DNA from: Coprobacillus sp. CAG:698
GTDB lineage: Bacteria; Bacillota_I; Bacilli_A; ML615J-28; CAG-698
Direction: 5' to 3'
Assembly (NCBI GenBank): GCA_000431235.1
Contig: HF988734.1
Location: 155,848 to 219,847 of the forward strand
Length of the DNA: 64,000 bases
Part shown: positions 1-9,910 of the stretch, piece after piece
Numbering within the stretch: the stretch's first letter is position 1
Layout: the number at the start of each line of letters is the position of its first letter
Notes under the pieces: generated by a model
Seen by the model: the letters and a program-made list of their open reading frames with translations, nothing else
The model's database searches: none
Told to the model about the DNA's origin: nothing
Translations under genes and position numbers: made by a program

Positions 1-94
1 AAAAAAACTACAAATATTTTCTTTGGAGAAGAAAAGATATCTTGAAAAGTAGATTAATATATGGTATAATAATAAAAAAGTAATTTAATAAGAG

Positions 95-2116
95 GTGAAA
101 GTTATGCATTGGGCAGAGGAACTTGCAAGAAGAATTATTGAAAAAAATCCAAATAAAGAGGAGTACGTTTGTGCAGCTGGTATAAGTCCATCTGGATCTA
201 TCCACATTGGAAACTTTAGAGATGTTGCCACAAGTTATTTTGTTTATAAAGCATTAATAAAGTTAGGGAAAAAGGCACGTTTGCTTTTTTCTTGGGATGA
301 GTTTGATAGATTAAGAAAAGTACCTGTAAACGTAAGTAAAGTTGATAAATCATTTGAATCATGTATTGGAATGCCATATGTTGATATTAAAAATCCATTT
401 CCTGAAAATTCTGATTGTAAAACATATGCACAATACTTCGAAAAAGAATTTGAAGAATCAATGAAAAAATTTGGTATCGAACTTGATTATCGTCATCAAG
501 CAAGTATGTATCGTGATGGAAAGTATAAAGATTACGTTCTTCATGCATTAAAGAAGAGAAAAGAAATATTCGATATAATCGATAGACATCGTACTCAAGA
601 TGCACAAGAAGGAGAACGTGATGCCTTTTTCCCTATCAGCATTTACTGTCCTGTTTGTGGGAAAGATAGTACAAAAATAATCAGTTTTGATGAAGAAAAA
701 ATGACTTGCGAGTATGAATGTGCTTGTGGACATCATGGAACATTCGATTTTAATAAGGATTATAATTGTAAATTATCATGGAAAGTTGACTGGCCTATGA
801 GATGGCTTTATGAAAAAGTTGACTTCGAACCAGGTGGAAAAGATCATGCAAGTATCAATGGTAGTTATGATACAAGTAAAGAAATTAGCCGTGAGATTTT
901 TGGATATGAACCTCCAATCTTCCAAGGTTATGAATTTATAGGAATCCGTGGTACAACTGGAAAAATGTCAGGATCATCAGGATTAAATCTAACACCTGAT
1001 ACATTATTAAAATTATATGAACCTGAAGTTCTTTTATGGTTATATTCAAAAACTGAGCCAACAAAAGCATTTGATTTCTGTTTTGATGAAGGAATTTTAA
1101 GACAATACTTTGAATTCGATAAAATGTATGATGAAGTGAAAAATGGTACAGCTCAAGACTATGCTAAAGATATAATGTTCTATACAGAAATAAAAGGACG
1201 CGAAGTTAAGACAGTTCCTATGGGATTAATAGTTCAACTAGGTTCAGTTGTTGATTTTAATGTTCCAATGTTAGAAGTTGTTTTTGAAAAAATAGGAACT
1301 CCTTACAAATATGATGATTTCAAAGATCGTCTTGATCGTGCTAAATTCTGGCTTGAACAATGTTCTCCAGAAAACCGTAATGTTCTACGTAAAAATAGAA
1401 ATTGGGATGTTTATGAAACTTTAACTGACATTGAAAAAGAAGAAATTAAAGCTTTATATGACTACTTAAAGAATAACAAATTCACACTTGATGAATTACA
1501 AACTGAATTATATGCAGTTGTTAAAAGAGTAAGACATATAGATACAGAAAATAAAGAATTAAAACAATTACAAGGTGCATTCTTTAAAAATGTTTATCGT
1601 CTTTTAATCGATAAAGAAAAAGGTCCACGTTTGTATTTATTCTTATATGCAATTGATTTAAATAGATATCTTCCATTACTAGACTTTAGTTATCCAAAAA
1701 CTGAAGAAGAAAAAGTTGTTGTTACAGAAGAAGTAAAAGAAGAAGTTATCGAAGAAGTAAAAGAAGCAGATCCTGTAGAAGCAGTTTTACCAGAAATTAC
1801 AATTGATGATTTCCTAAAGATAGACCTAAGAGTATGTGAAGTATTAAAATGCACAGAAATTAGAAAATCTCATAACTGCTATAAATTAGTTCTAAATGAT
1901 GGCTTAAAAGAAAGAACAATTGTATCTTCAATTAAACCTTATTATGCTCCAGAAGAACTAATTGGAAAGAAAATAATCGTAGTTGCGAACCTTAAATCTG
2001 CTCGTATAACAGGTGTTACTAGCGAAGGAATGTTATTAGCAGGAACTAATAACGCTTGTGGATGCAAAGTTATTATTGTTGATGATAAGGTTCCTGTAGG
2101 AACACGTATTAAATAA
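95..2116 (+). CDS. lysK: Lysyl-tRNA synthetase, class I, with a C-terminal EMAP/Trbp111-like tRNA-binding domain
   Basis: N-terminal 'SPSGSIHIGNFRD' HIGH-type class I motif and class I LysRS architecture. An acidic linker is followed by a C-terminal ~110-aa domain ('IDLRVCEVLKCTE…GKKIIVVANLKSARITGVTSEGMLLAG') typical of Myf/CsaA/Trbp111 tRNA-binding folds. A TTGAAA-17-TATAAT promoter lies at 43–71. Confidence 0.8.
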   Translation: MKVMHWAEELARRIIEKNPNKEEYVCAAGISPSGSIHIGNFRDVATSYFVYKALIKLGKKARLLFSWDEFDRLRKVPVNVSKVDKSFESCIGMPYVDIKNPFPENSDCKTYAQYFEKEFEESMKKFGIELDYRHQASMYRDGKYKDYVLHALKKRKEIFDIIDRHRTQDAQEGERDAFFPISIYCPVCGKDSTKIISFDEEKMTCEYECACGHHGTFDFNKDYNCKLSWKVDWPMRWLYEKVDFEPGGKDHASINGSYDTSKEISREIFGYEPPIFQGYEFIGIRGTTGKMSGSSGLNLTPDTLLKLYEPEVLLWLYSKTEPTKAFDFCFDEGILRQYFEFDKMYDEVKNGTAQDYAKDIMFYTEIKGREVKTVPMGLIVQLGSVVDFNVPMLEVVFEKIGTPYKYDDFKDRLDRAKFWLEQCSPENRNVLRKNRNWDVYETLTDIEKEEIKALYDYLKNNKFTLDELQTELYAVVKRVRHIDTENKELKQLQGAFFKNVYRLLIDKEKGPRLYLFLYAIDLNRYLPLLDFSYPKTEEEKVVVTEEVKEEVIEEVKEADPVEAVLPEITIDDFLKIDLRVCEVLKCTEIRKSHNCYKLVLNDGLKERTIVSSIKPYYAPEELIGKKIIVVANLKSARITGVTSEGMLLAGTNNACGCKVIIVDDKVPVGTRIK

Positions 2117-2128
2117 AAAAATAAAAAT

Positions 2129-2158
2129 CTTGTGGTTTACGAATCACAAGTTTTTTTT
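2129..2158. terminator. Bidirectional rho-independent terminator (CTTGTG…CACAAG hairpin flanked by A-run and T-run)
   Basis: Stem 2129–2134 / 2145–2150, T-run 2151–2158, A-run 2114–2127 upstream. Sits between lysK (+) and yabQ (−), which converge here. Confidence 0.6.
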
Positions 2159-2559
2159 GCTCTTTTTTTCTTAAATACTTTCTTAAAGAAGTGAAAGAAT
2201 TCAAGAGGAAGTAGAAGAGGTATAAGCATCTTAAAAATTCTCACAATTTGCTTTTTGATATTAAGAAAATTTTTCTGATAACCTTTTTGTAATAAACTAT
2301 AATAAATAAAGATACCTATTACAAAAAATAAAATAGAATAGATCGTAATATAATGTGAAGTATTTTTGATAATGAATAATGTACAAATATAGCTTATAAG
2401 TATCCAATAAGTAATTTCACAAAAATAACTTAATATAAGTCTTTTCTTGGTTTTATCATTAAATGTTAGTATCCTAAGAGTATCAAATGTAATACCTATA
2501 AAGATGCCAAAAATAATATAAAAAATAATAATTTTTACTTGTTCAGCTGCACTAATCAT
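2137..2559 (-). CDS. YabQ-like spore cortex membrane protein (tentative)
   Basis: Polytopic hydrophobic 140-aa protein immediately downstream of a YabP-like gene and overlapping its stop, matching the yabP–yabQ gene order. Confidence 0.4.
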   Translation of the reverse strand: MISAAEQVKIIIFYIIFGIFIGITFDTLRILTFNDKTKKRLILSYFCEITYWILISYICTLFIIKNTSHYITIYSILFFVIGIFIYYSLLQKGYQKNFLNIKKQIVRIFKMLIPLLLPLEFFHFFKKVFKKKRAKKTCDS

Positions 2560-2837
2560 TTAAATAATTTTTGAATGAAACTTTTGTTTGATTTCTTTAC
2601 ATTAGGAACATAAAAAGATAAGGAATTAATTGTACCATTAATTAACATATCACCTTTATCAACATCAAATGATTTCATTTCCATATTTTCTCCAGTAATC
2701 TTTAAATTACCCATATTTGTTTTAATTTGGAATTCTAAAGGATTTAAAGAATCAATTTTTTCTACTCCACTTATCCTTAGAACTTTTCTACTATCAAGAC
2801 TAATAAGTTGTTTTATTGTTTCATTCATATATATCAC
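2556..2837 (-). CDS. yabP: Sporulation protein YabP family
   Basis: 93-aa protein with YabP/YqfC-like sequence ('VLRISGVEKIDSLNPLEFQIKT…LKITGENMEM'). Size and context with a YabQ-like gene fit. Confidence 0.55.
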   Translation of the reverse strand: MIYMNETIKQLISLDSRKVLRISGVEKIDSLNPLEFQIKTNMGNLKITGENMEMKSFDVDKGDMLINGTINSLSFYVPNVKKSNKSFIQKLFK

Positions 2838-2887
2838 CCATTAAATTATATGAATAAGGTTATGAAAATATACAAAAAAAGCAGAAG

Positions 2888-3460
2888 TTATCTGCCTTTG
2901 CTTTTTGTGCGTAATAAATCATCAAAATTAGATTTAAATTTATCGAAACCTATAACCTTATATCCGTAAGGAGTATCACTTGGATGTATTTCGCATATTT
3001 CACTTTCGTTCATGTATTTTAAAATTACTTCTGTTGATGGATATAAAATAACAATTTTTAAATCAGAATCATTTGGTAAACGCATTCTTAAGAATGGTTC
3101 AACTTCATTTAAAAATCTTTTGTTGGGGTAACTACGTCCTTTACGACTTCCTCCAAATCTTAAGCACCATGTAGTTTTGTTATTTATGGTAACAGAAGAA
3201 TTAGAAGGTATTTTAACTAAAGCTACATAGTATGTTCTATCTTTAGTTTTCATAATAAAGTCATAATTCTTATTTTTTTCTTTTATATACTCAATTTTCT
3301 TTTCGGCTAAGAATTCTTCAATTTCAATATGTACTAATTTATCTTTATGATAGTTAATGAATAAAGTAACTATTCCTAGTAAAATTAACAAAACACCAAT
3401 AGTTATAAAATAATTTAAGAAAACATCGCTTAAAATCATATTATATGCCCATTTCCTCAA
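2888..3460 (-). CDS. Membrane-anchored hypothetical protein, possible NERD (nuclease-related) domain
   Basis: N-terminal TM helix. The central region ('DFIMKTKDRTYYVALVKI…NNKTTW') loosely fits the NERD pattern; this is a weak call. Confidence 0.3.
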   Translation of the reverse strand: MRKWAYNMILSDVFLNYFITIGVLLILLGIVTLFINYHKDKLVHIEIEEFLAEKKIEYIKEKNKNYDFIMKTKDRTYYVALVKIPSNSSVTINNKTTWCLRFGGSRKGRSYPNKRFLNEVEPFLRMRLPNDSDLKIVILYPSTEVILKYMNESEICEIHPSDTPYGYKVIGFDKFKSNFDDLLRTKSKGR

Positions 3461-3977
3461 GAATTAGTGAAAAGATGTAATCAGTTGTATAAATGTTATC
3501 TCCAGTAGGAACATTTGTATCTATGAAAAAATCATAGTCTTCAAATACATTTTCATCAATTAATTCTTTGTTTTGAATTTTCTTATCTAATGAGTTAATT
3601 ATTTCTTCTAGTTTTTGTTTTAATTCTTTAGTAAGTTTTCCTTTTTCAGATAAAGCTTCAGTTAAATCTTCTAAATAAAGAAGATAATTAATAGCATTTT
3701 CATATGCTAGCAAATCAGTGATTGATTTATTAAAATAGTTGTTATAATAAATTTTGATTATTTCAAGTTCTTCATGAATATAACTAAATCCTGTTTCGAA
3801 TATCACTTCAAGTTCATCGCTTATATTTTTCTTTAAACGTTCAAGATTTATGATATGATCTAAAACTTTGAAAACATCAGATAAACGAGAAATGAGAACA
3901 CTATTATTTTCTTTTAAGGCATCGATTAACTGTTTGTTATCACAAACATAAGCACGATAATCTTTACTTTGTATCAT
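3441..3977 (-). CDS. Hypothetical protein
   Basis: 178-aa ORF, co-directional with and overlapping its neighbours; no recognisable motif. Confidence 0.3.
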   Translation of the reverse strand: MIQSKDYRAYVCDNKQLIDALKENNSVLISRLSDVFKVLDHIINLERLKKNISDELEVIFETGFSYIHEELEIIKIYYNNYFNKSITDLLAYENAINYLLYLEDLTEALSEKGKLTKELKQKLEEIINSLDKKIQNKELIDENVFEDYDFFIDTNVPTGDNIYTTDYIFSLILEEMGI

Positions 3978-4599
3978 TTTTAGTTCCTTCTTTTTTACGT
4001 TTTTTCTCTTCTTTAGCTTTTTTCTTAATTTCTTTTTGTTCTAATTTGTATTGCTTATCATTGATTGTATAAGGTACCTTACCATTTTTACCCATTGGCA
4101 AACATTTGTTGATTAAGGCTCTAAGTGTTTCAGTACTACCTTCAACAATACTTTCTTTAGGAATTAGAAAAGCAGCATCGTTTACAGTACTAAAATAAAA
4201 AGCATCATTTGTCTCAACAACCTTTGCAATTAGATTCCAATTAAGAACTATTTTGTTTAAATCACGACTATCGTATTTAACTATTTTCTCTTTTGTAACT
4301 TCATAAGTATCAATTACATCTTTGTTTGTTTTTTCTTCTTTTTTAGTAGCTCTTGTGACACTAAATAGAATGTATAGTGGAACAAAGAGAATGCCAATGA
4401 TGGCAAGTGACCAGCAAAGAACATAAGAAAAAGACTCTTTATTAACTTCTTTTTGTGTTAGTAGAGTTATAAAAGCATATATTCCTAGAGCAGATATAAA
4501 ATACATAAAGAATGAATGAGTAAGGATATATCTTGTATTAAATTTTCTTACCATTTTTTTATTGAATTTGTTTTTACTTACGACTTTTGTTTGTGCCAT
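3964..4599 (-). CDS. YcxB-like membrane protein (tentative)
   Basis: Two N-terminal TM helices followed by a soluble domain; lysine-rich C-terminus. Confidence 0.35.
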   Translation of the reverse strand: MAQTKVVSKNKFNKKMVRKFNTRYILTHSFFMYFISALGIYAFITLLTQKEVNKESFSYVLCWSLAIIGILFVPLYILFSVTRATKKEEKTNKDVIDTYEVTKEKIVKYDSRDLNKIVLNWNLIAKVVETNDAFYFSTVNDAAFLIPKESIVEGSTETLRALINKCLPMGKNGKVPYTINDKQYKLEQKEIKKKAKEEKKRKKEGTKNDTK

Positions 4600-4734
4600 A
4601 TTTTCACCTCATAATTAATATATAATATTATAACAAATTTTTAGGAAAAATAAAATAGTTTATTATAGTTTTGTAACAAAAGTGTAATAATGTGATATAA
4701 TGAAAGTAAGTTATATAGTAAAGGTGGTTTAAAC

Positions 4735-5448
4735 ATGAATACAATTAAAGTAAAAAAAGGTAAAACTAAATTTATTGCTCATCGAGGTTTGAGTGGATTA
4801 GAAAGGGAAAACTCTTTAAGAGCATTTGTTGCGGCAGACAATCGCACATATTATGGCTGTGAATGTGATATCCATTATACAAAAGATAAACATCTTGTTA
4901 TTTGCCATGATGATTTTACTGGAAGAGTAAGTGATACTAATCTAGTTATTCCTGATTCTTCTTTTGAAGAAATTGATAAAATTAGATTAAAAGAATTTGA
5001 CTCACAGATAAGCGGTAGAGATTTAGTGGTTCCAACATTTCTTGAATATTTACAATTACAAAAGAAATATGAGAAGCACTGTATCATTGAGATAAAGTGT
5101 GAAATTAATTTAGATGAGGCAAAAGAGATATTAGACATAATAAAGCCATACTATGAACTAGTTACATTTATATCGTTTCATTTAGATAATTTAAAAATAA
5201 TTCGTAGTCTAGATGAAAAAATACCGATGATGTATCTTTCAAGTAAGTATGATGACTCTTTGATAAGTATATGTAAAGAGTACAACCTAGGAATAGACAT
5301 ATTATACAAAGAACTAACAAGTGAGAGAATAGAGAAGTTTCATGGTAGCAATATAATTGTCAATGCTTGGACGATTAATGATAAAAATGTTGCAAAAAGT
5401 CTGATAGAATGGGACATAGATTTCATCACAACAAATATTTTAGAATAA
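4735..5448 (+). CDS. Glycerophosphodiester phosphodiesterase
   Basis: 'FIAHRGLSGLERENSLRAF' GDPD signature near the N-terminus; RBS AAAGGTGG precedes the ATG. Confidence 0.8.
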   Translation: MNTIKVKKGKTKFIAHRGLSGLERENSLRAFVAADNRTYYGCECDIHYTKDKHLVICHDDFTGRVSDTNLVIPDSSFEEIDKIRLKEFDSQISGRDLVVPTFLEYLQLQKKYEKHCIIEIKCEINLDEAKEILDIIKPYYELVTFISFHLDNLKIIRSLDEKIPMMYLSSKYDDSLISICKEYNLGIDILYKELTSERIEKFHGSNIIVNAWTINDKNVAKSLIEWDIDFITTNILE

Positions 5449-5512
5449 AAGCAAAATAATACATATTTTACCTCTTTAGAAAAGTATAATCTTTGCACAA
5501 GAGGTGATTGAA

Positions 5513-6346
5513 ATGAATGTATTTATTGTATGTCCTTATGAGGAAAAATATTTAAGAACTTGTGAGAATTTAGAAAGAATTAATTTTTGTGAAATTAGTA
5601 TTATAGGTGATTATGAAAAGATAAATAGAATTGCTTGTGACAAAAGAATAAAAATTAAATCTAGAATAATTGATATTAAAAGTGAAGAATGTATTGTAAA
5701 TTATTTAAAAACTAAAGATAAAAAAACATCAATAATTGTCTTTGGGTTAATTAATGAAAGTTATCAAAAACAAATTGTGAATAATACTGCAAAAGAATTA
5801 CCATTAAATAGTTTTTATGTTATTGATATACCTAAATTACGTCATTTCATTTTTGTTAATACAGCATCTAATAATCGTACTTACGAAATGACAGAGAAGA
5901 GGAAAGGTATGATATCTTTGCATAAGTTTATGAAACTTCTAGGAATATATAAAGCTAATGTTGCCTTAATAACAAGTGATACTAAAAAAATGGAAAGTAT
6001 AGAATATAATTTAATCAAAATGATATTGAAGGAAAATCTCAATAAGCAGATTAGTTTCATTAATCCATGTAAGATTAGTGATGTTTTTAATCTAAATAGT
6101 AAATATAATATTTTTGAATCGAATATTAATGTTTTGATGTTTAAAAATACTGATGTTGCTAAAACGTTCATTGAATTACTTACATTATTTACTTCATATA
6201 GGATTGGTATAATAAATGAATACAATGGAAACTATTATATTGATGGTTGTAAAATAAAAGATGAGGAGAATATTATTTTTACTATTCTACTCATCAGTAA
6301 ATGTATTAATTCAAGAGAACACATTTTGAAATTATCTAATCAATGA
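5513..6346 (+). CDS. Hypothetical protein, distant phosphate acetyl/butyryltransferase-like (tentative)
   Basis: ~277 aa. C-terminal 'NVLMFKNTDVAKTFIELLTLFTSYRIGII' is reminiscent of the PTA_PTB family. AGGTGA RBS precedes the ATG at 5513. Confidence 0.3.
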   Translation: MNVFIVCPYEEKYLRTCENLERINFCEISIIGDYEKINRIACDKRIKIKSRIIDIKSEECIVNYLKTKDKKTSIIVFGLINESYQKQIVNNTAKELPLNSFYVIDIPKLRHFIFVNTASNNRTYEMTEKRKGMISLHKFMKLLGIYKANVALITSDTKKMESIEYNLIKMILKENLNKQISFINPCKISDVFNLNSKYNIFESNINVLMFKNTDVAKTFIELLTLFTSYRIGIINEYNGNYYIDGCKIKDEENIIFTILLISKCINSREHILKLSNQ

Positions 6347-7583
6347 GATTGCACTTAATGCCTAGACTCTGTAATTTTTCTAGTGGCTTTTCATAACCAC
6401 GGAAAAAGGAGTCTATGTTTTTAATTATACATTCTTCTCCGCTTGCAATTGCTGCTAAGACAAGTGAAGCACTACAACGGAGGTCGTGGGCAGTACAAAT
6501 TCCTCCGTGGTATCCATTAACAGGGTTAATTTGTATTTGTTTGTTTTTTTCTGATATATTTGCACCAAGTTTATTGAGTTCGGGAATATGAGAAAAGCGA
6601 TTATCAAAAATAGTTTCTTCGATAACTGACATGCCTTTAGATAAAGATAATATTGTTGTAAGAATTGGTGCCAAATCACTAGGAAAACTAGGATATGGTC
6701 CTGTCTTGACAGTAATTGATTTTAGAACGTTTCCTTTATTAATTGATATATTATTATTGTTATAATTAAGGTTTAAACCCATTTTTTTGAGAACATCTAA
6801 ATAATTTTCAAGACTGTCTGAAGAAGCATTAGTAATGATTACTTTAGTAACATTAGGTAAAGCTCCTAAAGCAAGATAGGTTCCTGCTTCAATACGATCA
6901 CTCATAACAGTATACTCTGTTCCTTTAAGTTCGCATACACCATCAATAAAAAAGGTGTTTTTCTCTAAGTTAATTTCAGCACCCATAGAATTAAGAAAGT
7001 TCATAACATCTATTACTTCTGGCTCTATAGCACAGTTATGAAGTATCGTTTGTCCTTTTATGAGAGTTGCCGCAAGAAGTACATTTATTGTAGCTCCAAC
7101 TGAAGGAAACGGAAAAGTAATTTCAGCACTATGAAGACTAGAAGAATCGCAAACCAAATAATTATCCACATAATGAAATTTAGCTCCTAATGCTTCAAAT
7201 GCATCAATATGATAATTAATTGGTCTACTTCCTAAATTACATCCTCCGCAAGATTTCAAGGCTATTTTCTCAAAATAATTCATACATGAGCCTAAAAAAT
7301 AATAAGAGCCTCGTAATTTCTTCACTTTATCAGAAAAAATGCTAGTAGCTTCATTATTTCGCTTAATTATTACAGTATTACGATTATACATAACAAAATG
7401 GCCCATTTCTTTCATTATCTCAATAATAATTCTAATGTCAGTTATATCGGGGACGTTATTTATAACACATAATTTATCTGTTAGTAAGCAAGCAGGCAAA
7501 AGAGCCACAGCACTATTTTTAGCTCCACTAATTGTAACTAAACCACCATAATTGTTTTGTTGTTTATGTATAACCAAATCCAT
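6336..7583 (-). CDS. murA: UDP-N-acetylglucosamine 1-carboxyvinyltransferase
   Basis: Full-length MurA homology ('VTISGAKNSAVALLPACLLTD', 'CNLGSRPINYHI'). The start was trimmed to MDLV, which sits behind an AGGTGA RBS. Confidence 0.9.
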   Translation of the reverse strand: MDLVIHKQQNNYGGLVTISGAKNSAVALLPACLLTDKLCVINNVPDITDIRIIIEIMKEMGHFVMYNRNTVIIKRNNEATSIFSDKVKKLRGSYYFLGSCMNYFEKIALKSCGGCNLGSRPINYHIDAFEALGAKFHYVDNYLVCDSSSLHSAEITFPFPSVGATINVLLAATLIKGQTILHNCAIEPEVIDVMNFLNSMGAEINLEKNTFFIDGVCELKGTEYTVMSDRIEAGTYLALGALPNVTKVIITNASSDSLENYLDVLKKMGLNLNYNNNNISINKGNVLKSITVKTGPYPSFPSDLAPILTTILSLSKGMSVIEETIFDNRFSHIPELNKLGANISEKNKQIQINPVNGYHGGICTAHDLRCSASLVLAAIASGEECIIKNIDSFFRGYEKPLEKLQSLGIKCNLID

Positions 7584-7740
7584 AATAATCACCTATATAG
7601 ATATATATGATTGTCTGTTTTGATTTATGAAGAAACATCCACTTAAAATGACATTTTTTAATAATTATATAACAAGTTTTAAAAATAATGCTTTTATTTA
7701 AAACAAAAATGTGGTACAATTATGTAAAGTGGTGATTATA

Positions 7741-8844
7741 ATGAGATATAGAATTGAAAAAGATAGATTAGGCGAGAAAACGATTGCTCAAGAAGCTTAC
7801 TATGGAATAGCTACAGATCGTTCGAAAGATGCCTTCCAATTAACAAAACATGGCTTATCAAGACAAATGATTAAGGCTTTAGCCTTAGTTCAAAAAGTAG
7901 TTGTTAAGACAAATTGCAAAATGGGATTACTCAACAAAAAGGAAGCTGAAGCTTTACAGTTAAGTTGTGATGAAATTCTTAATGGTAAATTACATGGTCA
8001 ATTCATAGTTGATGTTGTTCACGATGGTTATGGCTATGGAATGAATGCAAATTGTGTTGAAGTAATAACTAATAGAGCCAATGAAATGTTAGGCGGTAAA
8101 AAAGGTTCTCTTTCACCAATTTCTATTGATAAAGTAACATTATATGAAAATGTTAATGAAATAAGTATTTTAGTTGGTAAAGTTGCTTTAGTTAAACTAA
8201 CGAAGAAATTAATTGCTGAGTGCAAAAAAACATATAATACTTTATATACATTTCTAGAAAACAATAAGAGTAAAGAAAATACCTTAGTTTACAATCAACT
8301 TAAGTCTACAGCTGAGATTTTAGAAAGAGATACAAAGAGAATAGATAAAGCTATTCCTTCTGTACTCCAAGTAAGTTATGGCGAAAATGTACCTGAGAAT
8401 ATAAAAGAAAATTACTTAAAAGCTTTTATTGATTGCTTAAATAGTGAAGTAACTGAAAAATATGTTTTATCAGAAAACTACCTTTCAACAAGCAACAATT
8501 TAGATTGTTTTATGTATATATCAACACTTGTGAAAGACTTGATGGTTAATTTTTCACGTTTAATGAGTAACTTATACAAATTATCAGAAAATGATATGAT
8601 GCATTTCCCAAGCATTCAAGATGTAGATAAATCTTCAAATAAATTGATATTATCATTTGTAAAACAAGTATCCTTCTACATAGTTGGAAACGATATGACA
8701 GTTTCTCGTGCTGTTGAGGAGGGAGAATTAGATGATAATTACTACTTACCTATTATTTATGCTTCTCTTCATGAAAGTATTAATTTGGTTAGAAGAACAA
8801 TTAGAACTGTAAAAGAAAAAATATTTGAAGTATTAGATATATAA
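7741..8844 (+). CDS. Fumarase/aspartase (class II lyase) homolog lacking catalytic motifs — probable pseudoenzyme
   Basis: The N-terminal ~170 aa align residue-by-residue with FumC/AspA ('RIEKDRLGE…YYGIATDRS…IKALALVQKVVVKTNCKMGLL…VDVVHDGYGYGMNANCVEVITNRANEMLGG'). The SSND motif and the GSSxMPxKxN SS-loop are absent, and the protein is only ~367 aa. Confidence 0.6.
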   Translation: MRYRIEKDRLGEKTIAQEAYYGIATDRSKDAFQLTKHGLSRQMIKALALVQKVVVKTNCKMGLLNKKEAEALQLSCDEILNGKLHGQFIVDVVHDGYGYGMNANCVEVITNRANEMLGGKKGSLSPISIDKVTLYENVNEISILVGKVALVKLTKKLIAECKKTYNTLYTFLENNKSKENTLVYNQLKSTAEILERDTKRIDKAIPSVLQVSYGENVPENIKENYLKAFIDCLNSEVTEKYVLSENYLSTSNNLDCFMYISTLVKDLMVNFSRLMSNLYKLSENDMMHFPSIQDVDKSSNKLILSFVKQVSFYIVGNDMTVSRAVEEGELDDNYYLPIIYASLHESINLVRRTIRTVKEKIFEVLDI

Positions 8845-8923
8845 AACTTATATGAGTGTAGCTGCTATAATGGAGAGTTACACTTTTTATTGATTAATTT
8901 AAAAATTATTAGATATATTTAAA

Positions 8924-8957
8924 AGGCTTAACCTTTAGTTATTGGTTAAGCCTTTTT
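8924..8957. terminator. Bidirectional terminator (AGGCTTAACC…GGTTAAGCCT + TTTTT)
   Basis: Perfect 10-bp stem between a (+) gene and a (−) gene that converge here. Confidence 0.6.
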
Positions 8958-8962
8958 GAAAA

Positions 8963-9781
8963 CTATAATAAATATTTAAATACTACAAGAACATCATAGT
9001 AGTTTTTAGCGCTATAAGCAATAGTATCACTATCAATCATTTTAACACCAGGGAAGAATGAAGCTCTATAAGCGTTGTTATGATCTTTGTATTGGATTTT
9101 AACGTCGAAATGTTTAGGCATTTTTACGATGTTTTCTTTACCGCACTTCAAAACAGCTTCTTTAGCAGCATTTTCAATTTTTTTAATTGTAACATTTGGA
9201 TGCTCAGAAATTACAGCACAATGTAAACCAGTTTTTGAAGCAACAGTTTCGATGTTTTCATTTATTGCTTTTACTTGTTCTGTTAAGTTTTTATCACCAC
9301 TTAAGAATGCCACAGGAACATTAAGGTAAGAGGCATATAAACTATTGATGTTAAATTCACTTACGATTTCATCATTGATTGTAACCTGGAATAAGCGTGA
9401 AGAATTCATTGTATGAGAAAGTGAGTTACCTTGTGAACGTGAAGCACTATGATAGCCTACAAACATTACGCAATCAAATGTTTCATCTAGTCCAGCCATC
9501 ATTGAGCATACGCCGCCTTCCCAGCCTCTTAATAGCTTAACACACTCAGGTAAATCCAATATATCTAAGTTACGAGCACTATCATGAGCATCCTTGATAA
9601 CAATTTCAGTTGCTCCAGCAGCGATTGCACCACGACAAGCTGCATTTACTTCTCTTTGAAGTTCTTTTTTGAATTCTTGATATCTGGGGCTTTCTGCTTC
9701 TGTTTCATCCCAGTTGCAAATACCATTAATACCTTCAATGTCAACACTCATGAATACTTTTTTGCCTTTTGTATTTTCCAT
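8963..9781 (-). CDS. dppA: D-aminopeptidase DppA-like, peptidase family M55
   Basis: 'MSVDIEGINGI…GATEIVIKDAHDSARNL…MFVGYHS' is typical of M55 D-aminopeptidases; a GGAGG RBS precedes the start. Confidence 0.75.
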   Translation of the reverse strand: MENTKGKKVFMSVDIEGINGICNWDETEAESPRYQEFKKELQREVNAACRGAIAAGATEIVIKDAHDSARNLDILDLPECVKLLRGWEGGVCSMMAGLDETFDCVMFVGYHSASRSQGNSLSHTMNSSRLFQVTINDEIVSEFNINSLYASYLNVPVAFLSGDKNLTEQVKAINENIETVASKTGLHCAVISEHPNVTIKKIENAAKEAVLKCGKENIVKMPKHFDVKIQYKDHNNAYRASFFPGVKMIDSDTIAYSAKNYYDVLVVFKYLL

Positions 9782-9910
9782 ATATAAACCTCCATAAAGA
9801 CTTTTATGTGATAATTATACACCTTTTTGTCATTAATTTAAATAACTATTTATCTTTTTTTTATAATGTGATATAATAATATAGTGAAATTCTATCTTGA
9901 GGAGGTTGCC

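Noticed and set aside
387-736. Antisense ORFs of 72 and 62 aa inside lysK
   Set aside because: Low-complexity I/F/L/Y-rich translations typical of the opposite strand of AT-rich coding DNA; no RBS; fully embedded in a well-supported gene.
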